A stretch of 63,745 nucleotides of DNA, counting the filler, from Octopus bimaculoides (lineage: Eukaryota): the NCBI RefSeq assembly GCF_001194135.2. It is 7 parts of 5 records of this genome, joined end to end, with 100 filler letters (N's around TTAATTAATTAA, not from the genome) between each part and the next. Parts side by side here need not be neighbours in the genome. Positions count along the whole stretch, not along the records: positions 34,684 to 42,520 come from NC_068981.1; positions 42,621 to 55,703 come from NC_068981.1; 5 more parts are not named here. One strand, 5' to 3'. A program made the translations under genes and the position numbers. Shown here one piece after another: positions 35,546 to 47,931 of this stretch (positions are counted from its first letter, which is position 1; each line of letters starts with the position of its first letter). Under the pieces are notes generated by a model. The model worked only from the letters and a program-made list of their open reading frames with translations. It did not search any database and was not told the origin of the DNA.

Positions 35546-36232
35546 AACTGATTAAATCAGTTTAACTATTTTTAACTAATAGCTATTTTATCGATTCATG
35601 AAACATTAAAAGCAAACTCGACGTCAGTAGGATTTTAATGCAAAATATAAAAGGACACAACAAAAACATTTTGTCCAGTATTCTACCGATGAATCCACCA
35701 GTTATCAACATTAATAATGAACGATAGCTAATGTAGATAGAAAGCCTCACATTTGTGGCAAAGAGAGAGTAATTGTAACAAACCAGCACGTGATTGTTTA
35801 CTTTATTTTATTCATTGGTTGGATGAAAGGCAAAAAATCAATCAAAAGGCTGTTAACAATGTAGACCGGTCAAACTTCTATACTTTGTAGACGAGACCGA
35901 TGTCGCTTATGGATACCACTGTAGTGGACAGATTTGGTTAAATACCTAAGCTCATCAGTTGATGCATCTAGTCCTGCAGCAGAAACGGAGCAACATAAAC
36001 CCTATCAAATACGAACTAATTAGGGAGTTTTAACTTACTATTATTATTCGGGACACGGGTGCATAATACACAATCACGCGCGCAGCAACTGAAGAAAACT
36101 CCAAACAACTTGCTGAAATAACAAACGATGTATGCGAATTTCTGTCTTCTTCGCTAACGACTTTCGATAGCAACAATACGAGGGTACACGACTAAGGTTG
36201 CCAGTTCAATTTCATAAAGAGTAAAACAAAAT

Positions 36233-36275
<43 letters not shown>

Positions 36276-36799
36276 GTTTAATTGTTGTGGTGTTGGCTTC
36301 TGTACAGCTTCCATGATAGTGGACGATTTTCGTTTATTCTAGTTTTATCGCCAGATTTTGGCCGTTAGTTTTCTACATCACGAGGGTTATATCTTGGCCG
36401 TTTCATATCATTAGTCAGTTAGTCATATGCTTATCCAGTTTGTGTCATGTATATGTTATTTGTGTAATAATAATCGCCCTGTGTCGCGATATGAATATTG
36501 CTTCTATTATTAATCGTCTGTTTTTCGGGAGAATTGTGTGTAGGATGGAAGTACTTTCCTATATAGCTTTGTTTTGGGATACGTGGTGTCGGGTATTGAA
36601 ATCGCTGCTTGTTGTAAATGCATTGTGAGCCTACGAGAGAGTGTTGTGCTCATCTGGCCAATGTAACTGGCCAAATGAGCACAACACTTTCTCGTTTGTT
36701 ACTTTCAATTTTACATTTGAATTTATATATTACACCCTCACATATGTATGTATGCATGCATGTATGTATGTATTATGTATGTATGTATCTGCGTGTGTA

Positions 36800-36847
<48 letters not shown>

Positions 36848-37389
36848 TGTATGTAAGGATGGATGGATAAGTCGATGGCTTTATTTCTAGGTTTCTTGTC
36901 AATAGAGAATGAGACAGTTTCTAACTCAGATCCAAGGCCTGTTCCTTGCAGTTCCAACATTACCAGTGCAGTTCTGCATGTGTGTGTATATTCAAGTATT
37001 TGAAGTGAATGCACGTGAAAATCTCTATGTCTTGTTTTATGCATGTATCTTCATACATATAGTTGCATGTATAAACACGTCCATATGTACTTATACACTA
37101 AGCTTTTGGAAAAGATTTTCCATATTTTGATAGTTCCATTGATGGCTTGTATCTGTTATCTTCTAATTAACTTTCTCCTTTCTGGTTTTAAGATGTAGGG
37201 AAGTGGTTATACACCATTAGGTGTACACCGCAACCGTACATTAAATTTCTAGAAGAAACAACGGAACGCAGATTCTGAACAACATAACAGCATGCGTGGA
37301 TAAAACTCCGGACATTGAACATATAACAGGTCGATATTCCTCGTCTAGTACTAATTCTTTTGTGCATTTTATGCAGCAGACGCCTATAC

Positions 37390-37680
37390 AAGAGCAGTAT
37401 TACTGCTCTCCTATTATAGGTAGTTTATTCCATGCTTCAGCAATTCTGCACATGAAAAAATGTCTCCGAAAGTCATGGATACTGTGTTGTTTTTTGATTT
37501 TGGTGTATTCGTTTTGTTGCACGTTTCTGAACAGTTTCCAGGTGATTGATATGCTGAGTAAGATAGGAGTTCCAGACTACTGATGCACCATTGTCATATA
37601 CAGTTTTGAATAGATAGCCGAAGAGCGACTGACAAAGGTCTGACTGAGTGATGCTAAGATCCCCTCAACATTCTTGACAA
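37390..37680 (-). mobile_element. CR1-clade LINE C-terminal fragment
   Basis: SLSQTFVSRS, VWNSYLTQHINHLETVQKRATKRI, FRRHFFMCRIAEAWNKLP. Confidence 0.75.
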
Positions 37681-39343
37681 TCTTAGAAATTGTCTTCCCC
37701 AACTCAACGGCCGTTATCCCTGGCTGCAGTCAAATGACTGAAACAAGTAAAAGAGTAAGAGTATATATATGATCTGTCCTTCGACAGGCCTTGCTTTTAG
37801 TCCGCTGGATATCCAGATACCCTCCACACAAGAGTAGCAAGCTATTCAATGGGGTAGCTGGCTCAGTCGCCAATCACCCGACCATGAAAACGGGTAGTAG
37901 TGATTTACATAGTACCAGTAGTAGATCTCATCAGCCTGTGATAAGACCCTTCACCTGACTAGTTTTAATTGTAGGTCTTCGTAATCAGAGATCAGGGTTA
38001 AAGAACAATAAGCCGCCTCTATAATAACGCAGTAAAAATGAAAACGACGTAGATGTACAAGAGTCAGAGTTTGTTGCTGTAGTGAACTCCAGCATTCACC
38101 TTCTCCGTTACTAACCTTTCTCAGATCTCCTCTGAAGAAACTTCTATGATACTATCCTTCTGTTTTAAAGCAATTTAAATTAGAATCTTTCGTCAAAATC
38201 TCAAGTTAATTTATGTTCCAAACAGCAGGTTAATAATGACCAAGTTATTTTAATAAACTTGTCATTATTTTCAGAATGATTTCAAATAAAAGCTGTATAT
38301 TTCAACAAAAGTCAGGTAACGGCAAGGTTAATCACTCTAAACACTCAGACACAATATGCCACTAAATGGAGGCTGATGACTAGCTAAAATTACAATATTC
38401 TAAATGTTTGTAGCTTCTTTATTATTAATTTCGAGAAAAGAAAAATGAATGTAAATTTCATAGTCAGCATGCAAAACTATATCAGAACTACAACTTTTGA
38501 AAATAATCTGGTGAAAATTCGAAAAATCTCAAGTGATTGGAAGAAATTTAACAAGCTCCTTAAATGCCTCTAAAAAGGGATGGTTATAGTTGGAATGCTT
38601 TTGATGACAGATTTGCTTAATTAGGGGCCAAACGACATCACCACCACCAATAACAACAACTATTTTTCCGACAACAGTAAAAAACAACGAGAACAACAAC
38701 AACGACAAACAACAACAATCTTATCACCACTAGCACAACTATCAACAGTACCAAACATTCCTTAGTAATAAATTTCCGTTAATAACTGAATGGTGTCGGT
38801 GGAGGGGCGAGAGAAGCGGAAGATATAGGAATCTGTTTCGATAACGGAGCGAGCAACAACAACAACAGCAATAACAATTACTTTTCACTTGAAACAGTGC
38901 TAAGTATTTTATAGGAAGGAGAAAAAATTGTAAAGTTGTAACATTTATCGCTTTTCCCATATGTTTCTTACGACAAATTGGTATGTGGTTAAGAGGCTCG
39001 TTTTGCAACCAAATGGTTTCGGGATCAGTCCCACTGCGCAGCATCTTGGGCAAGTGCCTTTTATNNNNNNNNNNNNNNNNNNNNNNNNNNNNNNNNNNNN
39101 NNNNNNNNNNNNNNNNNNNNNNNNNNNNNNNNNNNNNNNNNNNNNNNNNNNNNNNNNNNNNNNNNNNNNNNNNNNNNNNNNNNNNNNNNNNNNNNNNNNN
39201 NNNNNNNNNNNNNNNNNNNNNNNNNNNNNNNNNNNNNNNNNNNNNNNNNNNNNNNNNNNNNNNNNNNNNNNNNNNNNNNNNNNNNNNNNNNNNNNNNNNN
39301 NNNNNNNNNNNNNNNNNNNNNNNNNNNNNNNNNNNNNNNNNNN

Positions 39344-39376
<33 letters not shown>

Positions 39377-40572
39377 GTATTTGTTTGTCTGTGTGTAGAC
39401 GGTATATTTGCTGCCACTTTTCTCCTTTGCCTTGCACCCTCTAAGCCTGTTAATACTGGTTGAAAGAAAGTCTCTCATACCATTTTGACACGACGATCAT
39501 CATTTTGTGCGCTTCAAGTGTGTATGTATGTATGTATGTATGTGTGTATGTATGTATGTATGTGAATGCACGCTCGCGCGTATAGTCGAGTAGTATATTC
39601 TTGGTTATAGCGTATAACCAGTCAGAAAGTTATTGATTTCGTGTCAACTTATTGCACTTAGCAATATAGACGACTTATCAGACATGCTAGACAGAGGCAC
39701 AAAACCTCTTTAATGCTGGCGATAAATATAGTCTTTGTTAGCTTGGTGGTGAAAAAAACTGAAACGGAAACCCTTTTCTGGGAGACAAAGGAAAGTTTCC
39801 TCTCCTTGTACGATTCCGGCCATAGCCGGAGTGGATCAGCTGTGCTTGTATATGTTTTTTCCGTTCTCTACTCTGTAAATGGTGAAGAACACGTTTCCAA
39901 AACGAATTTTCTCTCATGAGAGCACCAACTGAAAATTTCACTTTTTGAATTCAAGAAGGCGCCCGGACAGTGCGAAGTTTTTGATCCTTATTCTCTCGGT
40001 TAAGCAAAATTTGCATCGTCTGTTTCTGTTGATGTATGACTCAGGTTGTTCCAGTAGCTTCCAGTTAATTTTGTATAGCATTCTCCCCTCTTTTAACCCC
40101 CATATATGGCTGGCTAATGTTGTAATGCTGCACCTTTAAGGGATCCTAAAAGCGGATCTGTGGTTATTTAGCCTGGTCTGAAATGATCTCCTGTTGCTCC
40201 AACATATTTCTGTGTGTATTCTTTTTTTGCTAATGGTAGTGGTGGTAGTGAAGATGATGATGATAATGGTGATGATTTTGCTGTTGTTGATCGAGAAGAC
40301 ATGATCTAAATGCTTCCAGCATAGGCACAGTTAGAGGTGGAGGATATTAAACTTTGGGCCTCCCAGAGTTTCTTTTAAATGCATTAAAAATTATTACCAA
40401 ATATGAAGAACAAAAAATTATTAAAGTAACTTGTGTCAAACATTGCCATCCCCTATGATGAATAGCGCTGTTCTCGAGTTTTGTGAGTCATACAATTTCC
40501 AAGTCAATTTCCATGACATTTACTAGAATAACTTCTTATACCAACTGTCATAGTTTCTAACTTTGTATGTAG

Positions 40573-40770
40573 TAATGTTCTGATATGTGTCACGAATAGT
40601 CTGCAATGTCTTATGACGTACAATTGCACTAACAGAGCTCTCAATGTTCTGTGCAGTACAAATGCACTAACACATAACTTGCAATGTTCTATGCAGTACA
40701 ATTGCGCTAACACATTGCTTATAATGTCCTGTGGAGCACAATTTCACTAACACATTGTTTACAATGTCTT
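40573..40770. repeat. ~40-bp degenerate minisatellite (4-5 units)
   Basis: Consensus CAATGTTCTGTGCAGTACAATTGCACTAACACATTGCTTA. Confidence 0.85.
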
Positions 40771-41571
40771 TTAATGTGATGAGCAATCCCGATTTATTTC
40801 AGTAAACCTACTGTCGGAGAAGTCACCTTTGTAAGAAGATTTGATCAGCTCTCTGCACGCTCAAGCCATGGAATTATTACTCAATATGGAAATACTTCAG
40901 TGGAGAAGGAACCACAAGCAGTGTCTGTGTGCTGGTTATCTAGATTTCTGCTTGATGAGATAGAGTGTCACTTTACACNNNNNNNNNNTGCGTTTTGAAT
41001 TCGAGTCAATTTTCCTGTCATCATTCGAGGATCGATAAATAAAGTACCAATCTAAGGCAGAGGAGTCGGACGAGATGCCTTATGGTAGTATTTGTTCTGG
41101 CTTTTCGAGTCCTGTGTTCAAATCTCGCTGTATCCTACTTGGGTGGTAGACTTAATTCATATCCCGGTCAAACACTACCGTCTGATCTTTGAATGCATTT
41201 AACGGAGTCCACTCTGATGCAAGCATTTAGGTTTGGTTCTCGATTTACAAATGACTTCCTCCTTCCTTCCTGCCAATCTTGGACATCCTGTTGTACTGCC
41301 TCTTTCTTCCGCCTAAAAGTTTTAAAAAAGAAGGTTGATTGTTTCGAAGAAAATTGTCATGTTTGTCAAACGATCAAATAGAAACGCGTTCAATGTGTTT
41401 TTGTTATCTCTATTTTTCTTTGTGTTTGTTTTGGAAACTGAAAGAAATACTTGTTTAAAAGCATGTTAAGTGTTTTGTACCGGAATGTCATCTGAACACT
41501 AGCCTCTCCCAGTGTTTGGAATGGATTCGGCGGTGAGCAGACAATCGTTACTGCGTTGAGAAAAAACCGGG

Positions 41572-42150
41572 AAAAATGCTTAGCGGCATTTCTTACGACT
41601 TCTGAGTTTTCATTCTTTCTGGGTCGATAAAATAAGTACCAGTTTAACACTGAGGTCAATATAATCGACTTATTCCGTCCTGCTAAATTGCTGGCCTTGT
41701 GTCAAAATTTGAAACTATTATTTACAAAGCGTGAGTACGCCGGGCAAAGTGCTTCGCGGTATTTCGTTCATCGAGCTGGCAGAAACGTTAGCATAGCGGG
41801 CGAAATGCTTAGCGGTATTTTGTCTGTCGCTACGTTCTGAGTTCAAATTCCGCCGAGGTCGACTTTGCCTTTCATCCTTTCGGGGTCGATTAAATAAGTA
41901 CCAGTTACGTACTGGGGTCGATATAATCGCCTTAATCCATTTGTCTGTCCTTGTTTGTCCCCTCTGTGTGTAGCCCCTTGTGGGCAGTAAAGAAATAGGT
42001 ATTTCGTTCATCTTTACGTTCTGAATTCAAAATTCCGTCGAGGTGGTTAAATTAAGTACCAGTGGAACATTGGGATCAATGTAATCGACTAGTCGCATGC
42101 CTCCAAATTTCAGGCCTTGTGCCTTTAATAGAAAGGATTATTATTATTAT
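41572..42150 (+). mobile_element. Tandem stack of SINE C copies including a dimer
   Basis: Three to four consecutive plus-strand units (~41572-41720, 41730-41995, 41996-42150). Confidence 0.85.
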
Positions 42151-42520
42151 TTTTATTATTATTATTGTTCAGTAGTTTTATTTTTATAACGTGCTTTCAC
42201 TTCACTACCGAGCGCAGCTCTGTGCGCCTTGGGTATGTGCTGTGGTTTGCTGTGGTGCTCTTATGTTTACTGTATTGAAAGTGTTTTGCGTAGAATGTGT
42301 GCAGTACCCAGTAGTGCAATTTTCTGTATGTTATATATATTTGTAAGTCCTGGTGTTTTTGTTATGTATTTGTCTGAATATTTTTTTATTATACCTAAGG
42401 CACCTACTATGATAGGAATTGTTTCTGTTTTTAGATTCCACATTCGAGTTATCTCTATTTCCAGGTCTTTGTATTTTGAAAGTTTTTCCATTTCTTTTAG
42501 AGAAACGTTGTCATCTGCTG
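42150..42520 (-). mobile_element. RLE-type (R4/Dong-like) LINE 3' end
   Basis: DDNVSLKEMEKLSKYKDLEIEITRMWNLKTETIPIIVGALG...LLGTAHILRKTLSIQ*, then a 3' UTR ending in (AAT)n. Confidence 0.88.
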
Positions 42521-42620
42521 NNNNNNNNNNNNNNNNNNNNNNNNNNNNNNNNNNNNNNNNNNNNTTAATTAATTAANNNNNNNNNNNNNNNNNNNNNNNN
42601 NNNNNNNNNNNNNNNNNNNN

Positions 42621-42965
42621 GGCTAATGATGCGCAGACATGCGTTGAGGCTGAGACATCTCTGGTGCCACCTGGAGGGTGATAAGGTGTGGAGTCCGTTG
42701 GCGGAGGAGTTCTTGCCGCGACCGGCCTCGCTGGAAAGATTTAAACCCGGTCTCATTAAAAGACGTAATTTGACTTTATGGCAGAAGGAGTGCCGTCAGG
42801 CACTCTGGTTTATCCACAAGACGGGCAAGGCTGGCTGCAGGAATACCACCTCGGTGTTCTACAGAGGACTAGTGGAGGGCAAAAGCGATGACGTCCTAGG
42901 AGAGGCTCTGGGGTTCGACGAGAACCAACTTACTGCACTGTTTAGTAAAACCTTCTCTTGGTTAA
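42621..42965 (+). mobile_element. L1/Tx1-clade ORF2 fragment (post-RT)
   Basis: MMRRHALRLRHL...ECRQAL...FYRGLVEG; GC-richer than the flanks; starts at an assembly gap. Confidence 0.65.
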
Positions 42966-43453
42966 GTCATTTGATATTTCTTCTATAGGGGTTCCAATGT
43001 AATCTGAAGTGGAGAATTATTAAACCAATTGAATGTAAGTCAAGAAGGAAGTCTCTCTGATTGTTACACCTGTTAGAAATAGCAGCCAAATTTCCTTCAA
43101 ATGGTGGTCCAAAATGTGTGATATAGATATTCAAAAGTATAGTTTAAAGTTTTAGAAATTTTATATGAATGGAGTACCTTGAAAAAGATATTATTCATAA
43201 TTTCATCACATAGAGTTATGAATAATAAAGCAAGGTAAGTTATAATTTTCTGTATGCTTTTAGTTTTTTAATATTTCATGTACAACACAGCGTGAACCAG
43301 AAGTAGTAAACTAACTATTAATTATATAGTTCTACACTTCACTTCCATGGCTAAGGTTGTCTTATATTTAAATTCATTTCAGTGTCTTTCGTTGTTCATT
43401 TTAACACAAAGTGAACTAGTAATGTTTTTATTTGATCTCTAAAGTACCACGAA

Positions 43454-43705
43454 TGTGGAGGCGTGAGGCTTAGGGTGTCAGCACCATGATCGTAAGATTG
43501 TGATTTCGATTCCTGGACCGGGCAACGTGTTGTGTTCTTGAGCAAAACACTTCATTTCACGTTGTTCCAGTCCACTCATCTGGCAAAAATGAATAACGCT
43601 GCGATGGACTCGCGTCCCATCCAGCTGGGGAACGCATATGCCATTGAAACCGGGAAACCGGGCCCATGAGCCTGACTAGGCTTTAAAAGGGTGCATTTTT
43701 TTTTT
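43454..43705 (+). mobile_element. tRNA-derived SINE, head B + tail Y, TSD-bounded
   Basis: 12-bp TSD AAGTACCACGAA at 43442-43453 and 43706-43717; TGTGTTCTTGAGCAAAACAC core; tail shared with 15197-15515. Confidence 0.88.
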
Positions 43706-44402
43706 AAGTACCACGAAATTAGAAAGATTCAAAACCACTGCCCTAAAAATTTGACAAAATAAAACACGTTGGATAATAGTGTCCTAGAAAGAAAGGGTGG
43801 TCACGTGTGCTAGGGAAAAACAAGGGCCTCCATAATTTTTTTTTGTTTTTGTTTTATAGAAGTGGCATTCATCAATAATAATGTGGATCTTTCACTGAAA
43901 TAATATATCTGAATTAAGCAACACGAATAAAATTTCTTGATATATGATTTTTTCTGCTTCTAGTATTTATTATGAACATTCTATGAATAGCTATTAACAA
44001 ATACAAGAGGCAGCAAAACCCAACAACAGGGAGATAACTCTTTTTTGTTTAAGGGGAGCTAACTTAGTCCTATGCCTATCACTAAATTAACTCTGAAATT
44101 TTCATTGGCATGAATTACTCGAAATAAATCCACGCATGTGTGTGCATGTATTTGTTTTGCAAGATTCTTCGTGTGAAATCGTATGTTGAAACAGGTACTA
44201 TTATATCTGGTCATCTTTTGCCAATTAAACACACGCACTATTTATCTTCACTTCAGCTTTATTTTTATTATTTCAGTTTATTTTATTATTTTAGTCAAAA
44301 CTCTTCCAAATAGAATAAGCAGAACAAGAGGAAACACGTGGGATAAAGAGTTATTGAAGCGGTCATGTGACGAAAGAAATTTGATACAAAAAAACTAAAA
44401 TG

Positions 44403-44434
<32 letters not shown>

Positions 44435-46534
44435 GCTGAAGTGATGACCAAATAGATAATGCGTGTGTTGAATTGACAAAATATGGACTGTCCCCAAGCA
44501 TAACGATATCCTTTACTTGTTTCATTTGACTGCTGCCATGCTGGGACACAGCCTTGAAGGGTTTTGGTCAAACAAATCGACCCTAGAACTTCTACCGGCC
44601 TTTCTTGCCGAACCGATAAGTTATGGGACGTAAACACACCACCACCAGTTGTCAAGCGGCGGTGGCGGAGCGCACGCACACACACACTCACACACACACA
44701 CACACACACAAACATATATATATATTTACAGTGATGGTCTGGCCAGGTTGCCATTAGAATCCATATATAGGGGTCCATGTTAGTATCTAAGTGGCCCATC
44801 CCCTCAAGTTTGAGAACTTTTTATTCACTGCTGGATGAATGCATTAATTATTTCAGCCTGGCTGTGCTTGTAGACAGTTGAAGAGAATACTTTTAACAAA
44901 AAAAAAAAAATTAAAAGATAGTGTAGCGAGGCACAAAGAAGCCAACACCATTTTGAAACAGCGAGAGCTTGCCTGCAACCATTGCCATACGCGAGACAAA
45001 TACGACATCTCGCCTGCAACTATTATTTAAGGAAAAGATAACATTTTCCCGCTCGTTCTTCTCACGCTGACGCCAAGCATGACTTCGAAGCCAAGAGCTC
45101 ACAGCGGTCTTTTGTCTTGCTATGATACCACATGCATTGTCTCTAAACGTTATTGAACTTCATGTGTATGGGAGAGAAGGCTAGCTACGCACTGCTGTGA
45201 AGATGGTTACTGAAAACAAACCTCTTGTACGAAGCAACTGTGAATAAACGTTTATTGAATGTACTCCGCCTGAAAACTTCATTCTTCATATTTCCAGCTC
45301 TTTGAATCAACAGAATAACTGTAATGGAAGAAGATACCCGCAAAAGTATAAAAATCTTCCTTCCATTATAATAGCATTGTAGTTGTGGGTGGACCCCCTT
45401 ATTTTTAAACCCAGTCCGCCACTACACACACACACACACACACATGACAGGCTTCTTTCAGTTTCCATCTACCAAATCCACTCACAAGGCTTTGGTCGGT
45501 CGGAGACTATATTAAAAGACACTTGCCCAAGGTGCCACACAGTGGGTCTGAACTGGAAGCTTGTGGTTGAGAAGCAAGCTTCTTATCACACAGCCACGCC
45601 TCTGGTATCGAGCTTTGAGGCAAAGATGATCATGATACCAATCTATTCAGCTTCGTTACAATTAGTCCTGGGTATGACTCTAAACTACATCCAATAGTGA
45701 GGCCCTGCTTCAGAACTTCCAGGATTTTGAGGAGTTAGAACCATCCCTTAGCCACTGTTGTTCCTAGGTCTACTCTGACCCGGAGTTGTAACACCTGTCA
45801 AGGTCCTCGCTATGGATTAAATAGCATGTAACCACCTGAGCCAGGGTACATTGAAATAAATTATGGGATGCAGCATGGTGGATGTGAACTATTTCGGTTG
45901 ATAAACTTATTGAATGAATGACAAGTATCCTTAGATGCTGAGAGGATGAACAGACAACTAACTGTCAATGACCAGGATCAACTAATTCAGTCAGCCAAAT
46001 ACTACAATCTACTATAGTCGTAATGTGCGCTGATGAGATAGCGTAGACTCGGGTGTGATGTGGTACAAAAGAGCCATTCTCGTCACCTCATCACACGGCC
46101 TTTACATACTAATATGATTTATTGTCGGGCAAGTCGCCCGATTCAGATTCGGACAATTAGAATAAAGCGTCCTCTCTAGTTAGAATGCACGCGTGTGTGT
46201 TAAATTAACTTTATAATAATATAGATTTGATATTTAGTGCACGGAAAAGTTGCTTAACACTCAAATAAATATCAATAAAAAAATAACAATATTCATCAAT
46301 AATAGAAAAACGAAGTTGACATTTCAACTGTACCCTTATTTTCGTAAGAGTAGAAAAACAAAAGCAGTAACTAAAGAGAAATAAAAATAAACAAATAAAC
46401 AGCATTCAAAAATGATAGGTGAGCTGGCTAGTAAGGGATATATGAGCGTTTGTTTGAAATGTCTGATGTTATAGCACGGTCTACATCCTCTATCGCCTTG
46501 CACCTAAACTGGTGTCCATTCTCGTCGCTTTAGA

Positions 46535-47085
46535 ATACTCCAAAAGTTTTCTATTGGGAGCAGGTAGGCCACGTCATCTTCTGAGGTCCACAGAAGCCTA
46601 ATTGTTGCAAATACTCTGTAGTTTTCTTCGCTGAGTGTGAGGGCGCATTATCTTGCATGAATATTATTATTGTCTTGAAGGTGATCCTTAGCTTTTTTAA
46701 CCAAGGTTCAAGAGGCTCCCTCAGAAAGGCTATGTAAGCATCAGCAGTCATTTTAACACTGTCTGGCACTTTCCAAGGACCAACCATAATGCCTCCAATA
46801 ATACCTCCCCAAATCATGATGCCTCCTCCCCCTTGTTGGCATCTCAAGCGTTGATGAGCTTCTCGACCATTTACAACCCATCCCTTGCTTCAACCATCAG
46901 GTTCATCAAGGGTAGCACGAGTTTCGTCTGTAAACAAAATTTTTGAAAAGTCGACCTTCATGTTATCTTCTGTCCATTTCAGATGATTTTGTGTGTATTT
47001 TGTTTAAAAGAGGCCTTTTAACTGATGTCACTAGTTTACTGACCTTTTTCAGAAGACGACATCGGGAAATGAGGAAGTTGATAGG
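46535..47085 (-). mobile_element. Tc1-like transposase remnant, TRT (DD37E)-type
   Basis: LFTDETRATLDEPDG, RCQQGGGGIMIWGG, FMQDNAPSH...WPTCS. Trp-Pro at positions 27-28 after Asp2 implies DD37E spacing, but the final Glu is truncated away. Confidence 0.8.
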
Positions 47086-47160
47086 TAAATTGTGAAAGGC
47101 TCTTGACCATGGAGTTTGTGCTAGTATTGAGGAGTGGCCATGGTGGTTGTTGTTATATAT

Positions 47161-47535
47161 ATGGCCCAGTGGTTAGGGCAGCGGACTCGTGGTCATAGGA
47201 TCGCAGTTTCGATTCCCAGACCAGACGTTGTGAGTGTTTATTGTGCAAAAACGCCTAAAGTTCCATGAGGCTCCGGCAGGGGATGGTGGCAAACCCTGCT
47301 ATACTCTTTCACCACAACTTTCTCTCAATCTTACTTTCTGTTTCTGTTATGCCTGTAATTCAAAGGATCAGCCTTGTCACACTGTGTCATGCTGAATATC
47401 CCCGAGAACTATGTTAAGGGTACACGTGTCTGTGGAGTGCTCGGCCACATGCACGTTAATTTCACGAGCAGGCTGTTCCGTTGATCGGATCAACTGGAAC
47501 CCTCAATGTCGTAAGCGACGGAGTGCCAACAACAA
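47161..47535 (+). mobile_element. tRNA-derived SINE, head A + tail X
   Basis: A box TGGCCCAGTGG, B box GTTTCGATTCC; homologous to 1-330 and 59147-59530. Confidence 0.9.
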
Positions 47536-47931
47536 TATGTATATATATATATATAAGATCTAATTTTTTAATGTTGAGGATGCTTTAGTTTAGTAATATA
47601 TCTTTCTAAGGATTCTGGGGGAGGTTTCTTTTTATATATTTTAGTTCCTTGTTCTTATTTTCTAAGCCTAGGAAAATTAAGGGGATCCAACATTGAATTT
47701 TGCACCCTAAAAATTTTACAGGGTGCAAGTGCACCCCCTGCATCCCCTGTTCCCAGGCCCTTGCACATCAACATAATTTAATTATGAGAAATGCAGTCAG
47801 TATTATACAGAATGCAAGAATATTTTTCTCTAACATTTTGGCTATTCCAACATTTTTCTCAAAATCGCCATAACATGTATCCATTCTCAAGAAGCATATG
47901 GACATCAGCATTCCATGTCCATCCTCTAGAA

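Noticed and set aside
43214-43240. Strong donor AAG|GTAAGT after a short ATG-containing segment
   Set aside because: Only 21 nt with a weak acceptor and no downstream partner exon found; expected by chance in AT-rich DNA.
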